Below, one piece after another: positions 37,991 to 51,439 of a DNA stretch of 64,000 bases. Under the pieces are notes generated by a model that saw only the letters and a program-made list of their open reading frames with translations, ran no database searches and was not told the DNA's origin. Origin of the DNA: Mobula hypostoma (lineage: Eukaryota); contig NC_086118.1 in assembly GCF_963921235.1 (NCBI RefSeq), positions 24,182,001 through 24,246,000 on the forward strand, in the 5' to 3' direction. The first letter of the stretch is position 1. Each line of letters begins with the position of its first letter. The position numbers and the translations under genes were made by a program.

Positions 37991-39499
37991 TATATGCACT
38001 TTGATAATAAATTTGCTTTGAATTTTGAACCTTGTACCCTGGTTTAGGGACTTCAATGTTTACCACCGAAAGTGGATTGGTAACACTACCACAGACCAAG
38101 CTGGCCAAAATTGGAAGAACATAACGGCCTTTGGAATGTGCAATGGAGAGTGAGTAAACCAACAGGAGAGAAAAGTCTCTTTGACTTTGTCCTCATCAGT
38201 CCACTGGTAGCAAATCACAGTAAAGGTAGGAATGACCACTATACAGCCCTTGTGGCTCAGAGGCAGCAGTGCTTGCTCCTTACATAATTCACTGCAGTTG
38301 CTCACTGAGGCTGCACCAATACATTTCTCAACTCCACATTCTCAGCCATCGAGAAGTTCAAGAGCAGCAGTTGTGTGGGAACACCATCGGTTGCAGGTTT
38401 TCTACCAAGCTGCATAGTGTCCTGACTTACTTACTTACTACTTATTACACCGCTGGCACTTAGGGTAGCATTGAAAATCCTCTATCTGTCTGTCCTTGGC
38501 CACTCAGATGTAAAAGTTTGCTATATATCTTTTGCTATTTCCGTAACAGTTTTGTTTTACTAATCAGAATCGTTAGCCCTGAGCCAAACCCCCAAACCTG
38601 GATGGGTGGTGGACCACTCTTAGTCTCGCCTCTACCCTTCATCCTGTTTGTCGTGGGTAACCTATAACAGCCAAAGCATAAAGCCCTCACTCCAGCAAAC
38701 ACAGCTCTCTGGGTCTTTGAGGTCACAAACCTTCAAATGACAACAAGGTTGTGGTCCACTTGGAGGGACTTGATACACTGTTTATTGCCTCTGGGCCTAA
38801 AGGATGAAATGCCCTCCTCAAAGTACTTGTGTAGCACGTTCTCCAAAAGGACTGCAGGAATTCAAGAGGGTCACCCACTACCACCTTTTCAAAGGCAATT
38901 CCTTTTCAAACGATTATAAATGCTTGCCTTAAAACCAAAGTCAAATAAAGAAAGAAGCCTCTTGTTAAGTGGTCCAACATCTCCATTTGTTGAAATGTCA
39001 TTAAATTAAAGCCACACAGCAGTAACACTTGAGACCATTAAATAACTGCCTTCAGCAACCAGCAAAAAGTCCACATAAGAAATTGGACCAAAGAGAAGGT
39101 CAACCAACCCCTTCAACCTCATACCCTATTGGATAAGATTATGGTTGGTCCAATCTTGGTTTAACAACTCTTGCCCACTCTATTCCCTTATCCCTTGGCC
39201 CAAATGTCACCCAATCTACATTTTGAATCTATGCAATGATTCCATCTCTACAGCTCTCTGGAGTAGAAGTTTCCAGAGATTCATGGCCCTGCAAGAGAAG
39301 AGTTTTTTCCTCATCTCCACCTTAAATGGACAGCCCTGAAACATAGTTCTAGATTACTCCATGAGGCAAAGCATCCTCTCAGAATATCCCCTCTCAAGGC
39401 TACTCAGAAAATATTGACCATTTCTCATTCTTATAGACTCCAGTGATATAGGCCAATCTGCTCAACAACTTCTTTAAAAATGTCCCCCATCTTCAAACA

Positions 39500-40560
39500 G
39501 CAGGGTTCCATTCCTCTATCATCCGTTCCTCAATTGCATCTCCTCTACTTCCCAAATATCCACCCTGATCCCATCTTCCTGCCATCATAACAGGGATAGG
39601 ATTCCCCTTGTCCTTACATATCATCCCATGAGCTTCAACACCCAGCACATAATTTTCCACAACTTCTGCCATCATCAATGGGATCCTACCACTAAACTGA
39701 TCTTTCCCTTCTCTCCTCTTGCTGCTTTCTGCAGCGATCGCTCTTCTACATGACTCTCTTTTCCATTCGTTCCTTCGGGGTACTTACCCCTGCAAGCAGA
39801 TCAAGTGCTACACCTGCCCCTACTCCTGCTCCCTCACCATCATTCAGGGCCCCAAACATTCCTTCCAAGTGCAGGAATACTTCACCTGCGAGTCTGTTGG
39901 GTCGTCTACTGTATCTGCTGCTTCCAGTGTGGCCTCCTCTACATTGGTGAGACCCTACGTCGATCAGTGGACACCTTTGTCATGCCCCTTCACTCTGTCT
40001 GCCACAAAAGCTGGGATTTTACGGAGGCCACCCATTTTAATTCTATTTCACATTCCCATGACGAATGTCTCCTCTATGGTCATGATAGGCCACTCTCAGG
40101 TTGAAGAAGCAATAACTCATATTCCATTTGGATACCCTCCAACCTGATGGCATGAACATTGATTTCTCTAACTTCCTCCTCCCTTCTTTCTTTTTTGTTT
40201 CCCCTTTCTGGCTTTCCCTTCTCTTTACCTCACCTGACCATCACCTCCTTCCCTTTCTTCCATGTCCTCTGTTCTCTCCTATCAAATTCCTTCTTCTTCA
40301 GCCCTTTACCTCTTCCACCTATCAACTCCCAGATCCTCACTTCAGCTCCCCTCCCTCACCCACCCACTTTCTTCCTCACTTAGTTTCACCTATCACCTGC
40401 CAGCTCGTACTCTTTCCCCTCCCCTCCCTTCTTACTATAGCTTCCTCCCCCTTCCTTTCCAGTCCTGATGAAGGGTCTTGGCCTGAGCGTTGATTGTTCA
40501 TTCCCCTCCATTTTTGCTGTCTGGCCTGCTGAGTTCCTTCAGCATTTGGTGTGTGTTGCT
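39500..40560 (+). mobile_element. Penelope-like element 3' portion, degenerate
   Basis: GIY-YIG peptide VVYCICCFQCGLLYIGETLR. Decayed hammerhead at 40461-40495. Confidence 0.8.
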
Positions 40561-43500
40561 TTTGTACTTAAGATTGTACTCTCAACTGTTTGGAGTCAAG
40601 AAGAATGTGTGGTGACCTTATTATAACATAACATTCTGAGGAAGTTTACCCGGGGAAGTTGCTTTGAGTATGTTTGACTTGGAGGGAGGAATTTAGAATT
40701 CAGCAAAGTTGTTTCAGGATATAAGCTGAGGCTGTTAGTGCTGAAATGAGAAGGAATTCCTTCTCTCAAAATGCTGTGAATAATTGGAATGCCCTGTGTC
40801 TGAAATGTGTTATCAAGTCTACTTATCGCTAAAATAGACAGATATGTGTTTTATCGGGGAATCAAGCAGGAATGTGCATTCAGGCTAAAGATCAGGTTGT
40901 TCTTAATCACTTGAACAGCAGAGGTTGAATGGTTCAAAAGTGAATAGTCTATTTCTAATCCTGCTCCCAATGCCTTATGAATTTTTTACTAAGAAACACC
41001 GCGGAAAGCAAAACTACCTGCGAAAAATGTATTTTTGACTTTAATTACAAAACAAAAAGTGACGACTAAATTTATAGTATAAATTTGGTATGTAGTAACC
41101 AAAAAAGTACCATGTAATAGTAAAGTGGAGGAGATGGGGAAGGAGAAAGTGGGAGTAACAGTGTTTATGATTTTTAATGTTTTATTTTTAATTGTTTTTA
41201 TAATATACCCGAGTAAATTAGCCTTGCAATTTGAAAATGACTTTAAAGTGAGACCGTTTCTGTCCTGTCAGGTCAAGCATCTATTCCCCTAATCAAAGTG
41301 ATGTTCAGTTTTGAGACAGAGATGTTCTAGGGAACAACATTTGGTTCTCAGTCCACATTTAAAGCAGATGGTTGGTTATTATTTCATTTTTGTTAATGTT
41401 CAATTCCAGTTCCTTTTTACAATGCTCTTTCACAATTTACTGTTTAATCTGCATTCATCAACAATTCACACAATGAGTTTTAGAATAAGTTAAATAGTAC
41501 AAAAGTATTTGTTCTCCGTTTGCATTTTTCAACCACTTCAAAATTATTTCTTCCGATGAAAAACTAGTTCAGACTGTTTCTTCTTTCTTCAAAGTATACT
41601 AAATTCCCTTTTAAATTCTGCTCTCAGAAAAAGCTTCAGATTTCTTGTCTCTCCATTAAGTGAAGAAGCCATCCTACCAACATACTCATAAAAGTGTTCT
41701 TTGCATTCTCTCCAAAACCTTGACATTTCCTGTGAAGTGCAATAGCTGGGACTGGACGCAACCAATAATTTATAAATACTACGCCTAATGTTTTTTCAGT
41801 TTTACAATCAATGGTTTGGTCTATAAAGCGAAAGGTTCTGAATGTCAGTTTTAAAGATTTTTATCTGGATTGGCATTTGTTTCAATATATCTGTGTAGAT
41901 TAAAATTTTAAAAATCAATTAACTCTGCTTCCTTAGTGGTTAGATACCTGATTACAATGACTGGTTGAATCACATGATCAGGGAGGTTCATACTGTATTT
42001 CAGGGCTGTGAAACCAATTTAAGGCCAAGGTAAGATGTTAGGGATCGCAAGCATTTATTTCTTTGTAGTCATGTACATCATCATAGTGGACTATCAATAC
42101 CATTTGCACATCTTTGAACAGCTTGCCCTGAGACTTTGGTTTAATACTCTCACTTTCTGGAGCACATGTCATTCCAGGTAGGAGGATTCAAGTGGGTAAT
42201 TGGATGTACTGTGGTGTGTGTATAGGATCAAGAATCACTTTCCAACTCTGCAACAAAATTTTAAGTAAAAAAAAATCAACTGACATATCTTTGAATGACA
42301 TCCACAAATAATTTTGCTGGAGGTAGGTCTGACTGCTTTATTCCATACAGATTAATTGACATAAGATTAAAGGCCCTTGATGAACATAATAAAAGACTCA
42401 CCCAAAAGCCCAAAAATTGTCCCTGGCCTTGAATTGGATGTCTACTGAAAAATGTGTATGTTTTCTGACTATTTCATGTTTGAAAGCCAAGTAAAACCCA
42501 CACCATGATGTATCTCATTGCCTCCTGGAATAAAGAAGAACATAGAACATTTCAGGCCCTTCTGCCCACAATGTTGTGCTGACCAAGATCAATATGACCC
42601 TTTCTTCCCACATGGCCCACATTTTTCTTTCATTCAAGTGATTCATGATGCATGATTATTTAATATAATTTCCAGTACACAAGTATAAAGGAGAACAAAT
42701 TACTGTTACTCTGGATTTAACGCAGAACAAAAAAGAACATAGTAAGATAAAGAACAATATTTAAAAAATACAATAAATATGTAATGCCCTGATTAAGAAT
42801 ATGTTTTATTGTATTTCTATTGCTATGCTGTGAAGTATTTTTATTTCATCAGTTTTTCTGCAAATGCAGTGTGTCCTGTCAGTTAAACTTTATTAACGTG
42901 TGTTTTGGCTTCGGCTAAATGTAACATGCAACTTACCCAATTTAGAAGTTTTGTGTCAGCCAGTCGGGTTTGTTCTGGTAACATGTTGCAACACTCTGCC
43001 CATTGGGGTGTGATGGAAGATTTGGGAGGGCTGGGTAGGATTAGATTTCTACAGGACAGTAGTCTGGCTTGGGGTCTTTTGTGAGGAGGTACGGAGAAGA
43101 GCACAAGGGAAGATGCTTGGATGATCCCACCTGAAGGGGACACCCTCTTTGAAACCATTCATCTGTTTGGTGCAGATGAATAGTTTCAAAGAGTACGTGC
43201 CAAAACTTCTGAGTTAGCCAGTTTGTTTGTGACGTTCTTTGAGGGAAGTTCAATCTGTGGCAGTGATTGGAGTTCAGCACTGTGAGTAAAGTGAAACACC
43301 TAACTACTACAGAAAGGAGCTCCAACGTTTACGTGCACACTTAGACTGATTTAACTGCAATGGGACCTTTTTTTCATTTTCTGTTAATTGTTTGTTAAAG
43401 TTGAAGTATTGGAAAATATACTTCCACTGTAATTGTATGTCAGTGTACGATCTGTTATTTCCTGGTGAATGATAACTTTGCATGGGGCAGTAGTTACACA

Positions 43501-43799
43501 GAATTCACCACAATTTTTGTTCTCTCATCGGAAATTTTCAATGTTCCTGTTTGGTTGAACCTGAATCATACCGACCCTAGACGTGTGTTGCTTATTAAGG
43601 GTGGCCTTCTCACTGCTGAGTCACGTGGCTATTAGCAGAGTTGGCCAATGAGCCAAGTTTGTTATGAGTTATGCTGAGAGGGTTATATTTGTGGGGGCCC
43701 GTCCAGGATCGAATGCTGTATAACGATTGATTAAGCAGTTTATTTGTGTGTTTAAGCTTTTGTTTTGTGGAAAATGAAGTGTGTCATAATTAAGATATT

Positions 43800-45157
43800 T
43801 TATTATGGATGCCACAGAGATTAAGGTCTGGTGGGTATGGAGAGGGTATCCTCACGTAATACTTGTGTTCCAAGTGGGGTTGCCATCCAAATTCCTGATG
43901 AACTTCTACTTAGAGTTCTGAGTTCTATATTGAGGAAAGCTATACTGATTGATTGGCTTTTTGATGAATGACATTCTGTTAGCCCAGACTGCCAGTGACA
44001 TGACTGAAGACACACTACTGGATAGGATAGGGGCACCTGGAGAGGTGAGGCCATGGCCAGTCCGTATCTTTAGAGAAGGGGGAAATGTAGCTGAGTGAGA
44101 AGATTTTAAAGACAAGATGTTCTCTTTTCTGCAAAGTGAGTGAAAGGAGGTGTCTGATGTAAAAGGTCTAATGGGTCCTTCAGCGGATGATTTAAATTCT
44201 GAGCTGGTTTCAGCTAGCACATCACAGGTTGGTAAATGCCAAAGTGTACCCATGGAGAGCTAAAGTTATCACAGGCTGAGAATGTTCTCTCGAGTCAACC
44301 CCACACCGGATGGGGAAGAAGAAAAGGAGGCTTCGGCCAAACAGACATCTCAGTTGCTGGCTGAATGACAGTGTTCAGATAATATGAAAAAATAGAGACT
44401 GGTAGAGCATTTAAAGGGTCTAGCTGCTGATAGAGTGAGGGCTTTAAGGCAGAAAACCTGTTGGTATTGTCAGTTAACAACATGCAAACTCCAGAAAATG
44501 CTTTTGGTACGATGGACAGCCCAACCAATCTTATAATGAAGTTTAAGCACACATTCCAGGAGGAAGGAGAGAAGCTTTCTGCCTACCTTTTCAGGTTAGA
44601 TAAACAGCTGCATTGCTTGTGCTGTAAAAGAACCGGTCAGCTGGCTGAGATAAATCGGCTAGGGGTGGGGCGAGTTATAAGGGCCACACTGTCACATGAT
44701 GTGATTGCTCTATGCTCAAATGACCACAAGATGTGCCTCCCTCCCTCTTTTACTGAGCAGCTTAGAAAAGTAAGAGAGGAGGAGAATATGATGGAGGAGT
44801 GGTAGGTTTCTAACAGTCGGGTAATGCCCCGTTGCTGAAGTGACCCCTGATGCCTCACAAGTAGGGGTTTTGCAAAATAAAGTGAAAAACCTACAAGCTG
44901 AGGTTTCTCAGTTGACATCGGCTCGTGCTGCAACAAAATATGACTCGTCCGCTAGGAAACCCAACCCACCTGTAGGACTTACTAAGGAGAGGAATGCTTC
45001 TGAAAAGGGTCTTTTGACTGGGGAAGCGACCTGTATCTTCTCTTACTCTGTGGAGCGGATAGACATTTCAAGCGGGAGTGTGAAGGACAGGAAAACCTTT
45101 GGAAAGTATCCCAGCGGTTGCTTAAACAAAAAAGGAAACTTTGGAGAAAACCAGTAA
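43800..45157 (+). pseudogene. Disrupted PNMA/Ma-like gag of the Gypsy element
   Basis: FKHTFQEEGEKLSAYLFRL closely resembles the PNMA capsid motif. Many stops and frameshifts. Confidence 0.75.
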
Positions 45158-45490
45158 GGGAACAACCTGGTGTCTCAGAGAGAACATGTTCCAAACAGTG
45201 TATCAAGGGAAATACTTGTGCAAAACACAATTCCTGAAGGTTTAGAGGGACCAAGCTCTGATGTATCCATATTGATTGATGGCATTTATGCTGGAGCCAT
45301 ACTTTTCACAGGTTCTCAAGTTACTTTACTCTAAAGATCCTCTTACAACTGGTATTTGATGCATTTACCATCGACGCAACTCATTGCCCTTGAGATTTGG
45401 GAGCTTTATGCTTATGATTACCTGTAAGGTGGTTACTTGCTATTGAAACTGGAGTTTTTGGAAGAAGGTGGAGTAGCTGAGATTATTGAT

Positions 45491-46652
45491 TGGGGCACAA
45501 CTGAGAGCTGCCTGACTGGCTGCATCACTGCCTGGTATGGGAACTGTACTTCCCTCAATCGCAGGACTCTGCAGAGAGTGGTGCAGACAGCCCATTGCAT
45601 CTGTAGATGTGAACTTCCCATTATTCAGGATGGCGGGAGGAGAAGATGGTGGCGTGACGCAGCTCTCAGTGACACTCCAGTGGTGATGACTGTTATTTGT
45701 CAAGTAGGGTGCCATGCACAATCCTGATTTGATGGAGACGGACGTGAGAGCACGGAGGAACATCTGGTGAAAGTTCTGAAATGCTTGCTTCACTGTTGCT
45801 GCTACTGTGTGGTCCAGAATCTCCGGAGGAGAAAGCCCCGAGTCCTCAGCTTTGCTTGTTGCTTGGTGGCCGGGGCGGGGTCGAAGCGCTCAGCAGAGGA
45901 TGGTGCTCAGAGAGGCTGTGTCGGAGGGGCTGGTTGGAGGCTCGAAGTTTTCGGATGGACTCAAGAGTCCGCTATGGTCAGGTGCTTCCAATAGTGTTGC
46001 ATTGACAAGTTGGCGGTGCATGGAAGTTCATGACAGGGAGAGTTTCTCCCTTCTGCTGCCTGTGTGAGATGATGAGTCTATCAGGACTTTGAGACTTTTT
46101 TTACCGTGCCCATGGTCTGCTCTTTATCCTTATGGTATTGCTTTGCACTGTTGTAACTATATGTTATAATTATGTGGTTTTGTCAGTTTTAGTCTTGGTT
46201 TGTCCTGTGTTTCCTTGTGATATCATTCTGGAGGAACGTTGTATCATTTTTTAATGCATGCATTTCTAAATGACAATAAACGAGGACAGAGTGTCTTCAT
46301 AATCTAATCTAACCTAATTTATAAAGACAGGTGTGTAAAAAGGGCCCAAAGGATCATTAAGGATCTGAGTCACCCCAACCACAAACTGTTCCAGCTGCTA
46401 CTATCTGGAAAATGGTACTGCACCGTAAAAGCCAGAACCAACAGGCTCCGGGACAGCTTTTTCCACCAGGCCATCAGACTGATTAATTCATGCCGATACA
46501 ATTGTATTTCTATGTTATATTGACTATGCTGTTGTACATGCTATTTATTAGAAATCACTTATAAATTGCACATTGCAGATTTAGACGGAGATGTAACATA
46601 AAGATTTTTACTCCTCATGTATATGAAGAATGTAAGTAATGTAGTCAATTCA
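45491..46652 (+). mobile_element. Rex1/Babar 3' fragment nested in the Gypsy, itself interrupted by a ~690-bp element at 45630-46320
   Basis: TESCLTGCITAWYGNCT...LQRVVQTA, resuming at ~46320. The inner element ends in an (AATCT)n tail and resembles the reverse-strand repeat at ~31690-32480. Confidence 0.7.
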
Positions 46653-48759
46653 ACTAGTGTTGGTCTGCCCAAATCTGGTCAAAAGGTGAAGCTTCCATTC
46701 TTATGGGAACTCTGGATGCTAACAAGAAGAGTAAGAGGAACCACCATTGTGGATATTTGGCACACTGCTAAAACTGTACACAGAATAAAGCCACTGGGTA
46801 CTCACCATACTATTTGATGTTCAAATGCAAAGCAAGATACCGAAAGATCTTTGCTTTGGAATTGCCAGCGAAGACTTGCTGCAGAAGAAGTATTTCAAGT
46901 ATGTGTTTGGCAATGAGGAAAGAACTGCAAAGAGCTTATGAGCTAGCAGTGGTTTCTTCTACCAAGCCAAACCAAGGAAACAAGGGGAGATATGATCAAA
47001 AGATCAGGATCTCTCAACTGATGTCTGGAGACAGAGCTTTAATATGAAATTTGGGGATACAAGGGAAGCCTAGGTTGACCAACCACTGGGTTTTGATGCC
47101 TTACGTAGCGGAGAGTCAGATTCCTAATGTGCCAGTTTTCCGAATGAAGCCAGAGAATGGAAATGGTCCTGTTAAAATTCTCTATTGGAGTCATCTTTTT
47201 CCCCTAAGGCAGGAAGTACATGTTGACCCAGAGTCTGACACAGAACCTACATCTAGTAGAAGAGCTCTTTGCAAAGAAGGAGAACAGAAAGGCAAATAGC
47301 TGACAATAGCGTGATTTCAGCGGAAAAGATCCAACCATTGAATACTGTACAGACTCTACTGTGCTGTAAAATGAGGAAATGGGAGTGTGGTGTGCTTTAC
47401 CTTATGCAAAATCCTTAAGAACTGGTGAAGAGATATCTGAATCTCCCAGTCCCGCCCCAGATATAGTGGGGACGACCACCTGTGAACAGTCAGACGTGAT
47501 GATAGACAGTAAAAGGAAACAGGGCTCCATCACAATTGGAGATTAAACTGAGTTCATTCGGGGGTAGGGGGATCTGAGTCACCAGAAGGTATGAGTGATA
47601 GATGGGGAAGGCATCTCCCAGTAGACATGAACTGTCACAGGAGTGGCTGAGGCCGAGGAAGCTGAAGATGAGATAAGGAGGTCTCAGAGATTCTGGAAAC
47701 TTCCAGATAGCCTGGCATATGATGCACCTTGGAAACAGAGTGTTGCATCAATCCCAATAGTCAGATATATTACTTCCATTCTCAAATGGATTGGGGGTCC
47801 TCAAATCACAAAATTCACTTGATTACTGTGTTACTAACAATCGTTTGATAAGTTCCAAAGGTTACAAAGTACTAAGGGTGGGAGGGCTCTTTGTTGGGGG
47901 GGAGAATGCAATGCCCTGGTTTAGAATAGGTTTTACTATATTTCTATTGCTATGCCATGAAATATTTTTATTTTAGCAGTTTTTCTGCAAATACAGTGTG
48001 TTCTGTTAGTTAAGTGTCATAAATTAGTATTCTGGCTTCAGCTAAAGATAAGGAGACAATTGCCCAATTTAGGAATGCTGTGTTAGCCAATCGGGTTTAT
48101 TTTGGCAACGTGTTGCAACATTCTGCCTGGTGGGATGCGATGGAAGATTCGAGAGGGCTGGGTGGGATCAGATTTCTGCAGGACAGTAGTCTGGTTTGGG
48201 GTCTTTTGTGAGGCAGTGTGGAGAAGAGCACAAGGGAAGATGCTCGGAGGATCCCACCTGAAGGGGAGACCCTATTGCATGGAGTGTTTCTTTCAGACAA
48301 ATGATTTCAAAGAGGAAGTGCCAATACATCTGGACATTCTTCGAAGGAAGTTCAACCTGTGGCGGGGATGTGAGTTCAGCGCCTTAAGTAACACAATACA
48401 CCAACTACTACAGAAAAGAGCTCCAACACTTAGGTCATATTTAGACTGTTTTAACTCCTTTTCTTTACTCTTTCTGTTAACTGTTTGTTAAAGCTGAAAT
48501 ATTGGAAAATATTCTTCCACTGTAATCGCATGCCAGTGCACGATCTGTTACTTCCTGGCGATTGATAGCTTTGCATGGGAGAGTATTTACACAGCATCCA
48601 CCACAATTTTTGTTCTCTCATCGGAACATTCCAATGTTCCTGTTTATCGAAGGGGGCCTTCTCACCGCTGAGTCACGCGCCTATTAGCAGAGTTGGCTGA
48701 CAAGCCAAGTTTGTCACTACCCATGGTGAGAGGATTACAAATATAAATACATATGATAG

Positions 48760-50140
48760 CTTATATACATAAATTTATTGTATGTCCATAAAGTGATGCT
48801 AGAGCATCTGTACACAAGATGGCTGACAGGAAGTGGTAAAGTAGTGGTGTTGTGGGGAGTGGAACAGTGCAATAGTGGGTAGAGGTGTTGATCAGCCCTA
48901 ACTGCTTGGTGGTCCTGGCATAGACACTATGTAGCCTCCTCCCTGATGGGAGAGGGACAAACAGTCCATGAGCAAGTGGGTGGGATCCTTCGTGATGTCA
49001 CTGGCCCTTTCCCATCACCTTTATGTATATACTGAATGTACTTAGCGGCGGGTAGGCTGGTGCCAATGATGTCATGGGCCCTGGCGGCCTTGCACCTGCA
49101 CTTGTTAAATGCCGTCTTATCCAGGATCGTTAAGCACTTCTGCTTTCTGTTTAATCTTGTCAAGTTTATTTAGACTGGCACGGGTTTTCCGCGCGCTGTG
49201 ATTATTTAAAGCGGACTCCGAGTTAGTGCTTCTCGCGGGTTCCTTGTGTTTCACGACTGATTCACCTACGCTGCCTCCAGCTTGATGGGAGTGGGACAAG
49301 CACTCCATGAGCAGGGTGGGTGGGATCCTTCATCAAGCCAGTACCTTTCGTTGATGGTATATAGCTTTTACTTCCCATTGCAGAGCCTTCCTGTCTGCCA
49401 GAGTGCAGTTTCCGTACCATGGAGTGCTGCAGCATGTTTGGATGCTCTTTACTGCGCGTCTGCAGAAGGTCATTAGTATGGACATGCATAGTACAGCTCT
49501 CTTCAGTCTCCGTGAAATGTGATTATGTAGGATGCGTTCTGGGACTGTGAGAGGATGTGCAAGATGTGTTCTCCCAGGAGCTTGCAACTGCTGCGCAGCT
49601 GATATAAAGAAGGGTACGAATGGCTGAGAGTTGTCCCAAAGTCAATAACCATCACCTTTGTCTTGCTGTCATTGAGTAAGAGAGTATCTGCCACCAGGCC
49701 TCAAGCTTTTCCACTTCCTCTCTCGAGGCAAACTATCATCCCATCGACCAAATTGACAATGTGATTACCCAGATATTTGGTCGCGCAGTCACGTGTGAGC
49801 AGCGTATACAGCAAATGGCTCGTCATTCAGTACTGGGGGGGGGGGGCACCCATGTTGAGGATGGTGGGGAGGTTCTGTTGGTTAGGAAGTCCAATACCCA
49901 GTGGCACAGTGGTGTACTTGGACAGAGGAGTCGTAATTTGTTCACCAAGGGCTGTGGGACAATAGTATTGAATGCCATACTGAAATCCAGAAACTACATT
50001 CTGGCATAAGTGCCTCGTTTTCTAGGTGTGTTGGGGCCAGGTGCATGAAAGATACGATGGCATCTGTCATAGAGTGGTTCTGCCGATAATCATATTGGTG
50101 AGTGTCCAGTGTGGCGGGAGTGCCTATCTTAAGATGCCTC
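48760..50140 (-). mobile_element. Rex1/Babar LINE fragments
   Basis: Peptides LLLNDSKTKVMVIDF, WYGNCT and KDPTHPAH on the minus strand. Confidence 0.7.
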
Positions 50141-50467
50141 TAATGTAAATACCTATAGCTGCACCCCAGCAGTGTAAACATACGGAATGCCTCTCCCTCC
50201 CTCCACTCCAGAAAACCTTTCTCCTATCACCTTAAAATCATGTCCTCTCCTATTGACCATTTCTGCTTTGGAGAAAAAAGAAGAAAGTAGAAAACAGCCA
50301 AAGAATATTGTTGATACTTTTCTTTTGAGTTCTCCCAGGGAAGCAAGAATGCATCCAGAGTGGCAACAAATAATAACAGTTCTTAGAGTAAGCTGAGTGT
50401 AGAATTAATTGTTTTCCTTAACATTCTGGGTCAATAACTGCAGTCATAAAGCACCAAAAGAAATGAT

Positions 50468-50600
50468 AAACAAGAGAAAATCTGCAGAGGCTAGAAATCT
50501 AAGCAACACACACAAAATGCTGGAGGAACTCAGCAGGCCTGGTAGCATCTACGGAAAAGAGTAGAGTCAACGTTTCAGGCCGAGACCCTTCAGCAGGATG
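50468..50600 (-). mobile_element. Short Penelope terminal fragment with a mutated hammerhead
   Basis: Minus strand reads CTGCTGA-AGGGTCTCGGCCT-GAAACGTT-GACT. Confidence 0.7.
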
Positions 50601-51439
50601 GGCTGTGCAATTGGAAGGTGGATTCGAGCAGAATAATGCAATTATACATACATTTCTGAACACCTTAGTGCCCATCAGAAAATTCACCTCATTCTTTGGT
50701 TATACTTTTATATTATATAGCATTTTTTCTGGTGTAATGCAACATTGTAGAAGTTGCTTACAGTGAGATTTTGATTCAATTCATCTGTGAGTGATCATTT
50801 TTATTTATTCAAAGAATAGTTGGAGCTTACCTACCTATTTTCTCTCAAGATCCATCCTACTGCATGTACCAATACTCAAACGGGATTCTTAGTTATTATT
50901 GAAATCTGCACCTTCCTATGACTTCAGATATAATCTCACTTGTAAACCTTGACTGCTTCGAATGTGGATCTCAGAGTTACAGTCATTACCAATTTCCTAG
51001 CCTCACAATCATGGATGTTTTTGCATCTCTGCTGTCATTTAGTGCTTATTATTACATTATGGAGTACATCCAGATTTCATAATCATAGACAAGAATACTT
51101 CATCCTACTTCTCCTACAGGCAGAACGAGTAGGACCCTTTGCCTCCACTGTAGGTTTCCCCAAAGTGGAAATCATATGCTGTAGTCAGGACCTTACAGAA
51201 GCCCCCATGGCAATTTCTTGCCTGGAAAAGTTAACTGTAGTCCAGCAGGATCTCAAGACCACCATGCCTGTTATATAAACTACCCTTCACCAATCTGCCC
51301 AGTTTCCTCTGGGTATTTCTTTTCCATTCTCCTCCCAATCTTTACAATATCAGTTTAAAGAGTATCAACTTCCTCTAGGAGTTGGTAGACCTCTGTTGGT
51401 TTATCGCATTAATCCACAAATACAGAAAGAATCTCAAGT

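Larger units (their letters stand above)
42780..48739 (+). mobile_element. Ty3/Gypsy LTR retrotransposon, internally deleted
   Basis: LTRs at 42780-43687 and 47907-48739 (TG...CA-type ends), AATA TSD, PBS 43692-43709, PPT ~47896-47906. Contains PNMA-like gag, a protease remnant and an integrase C-terminal remnant. Confidence 0.9.
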
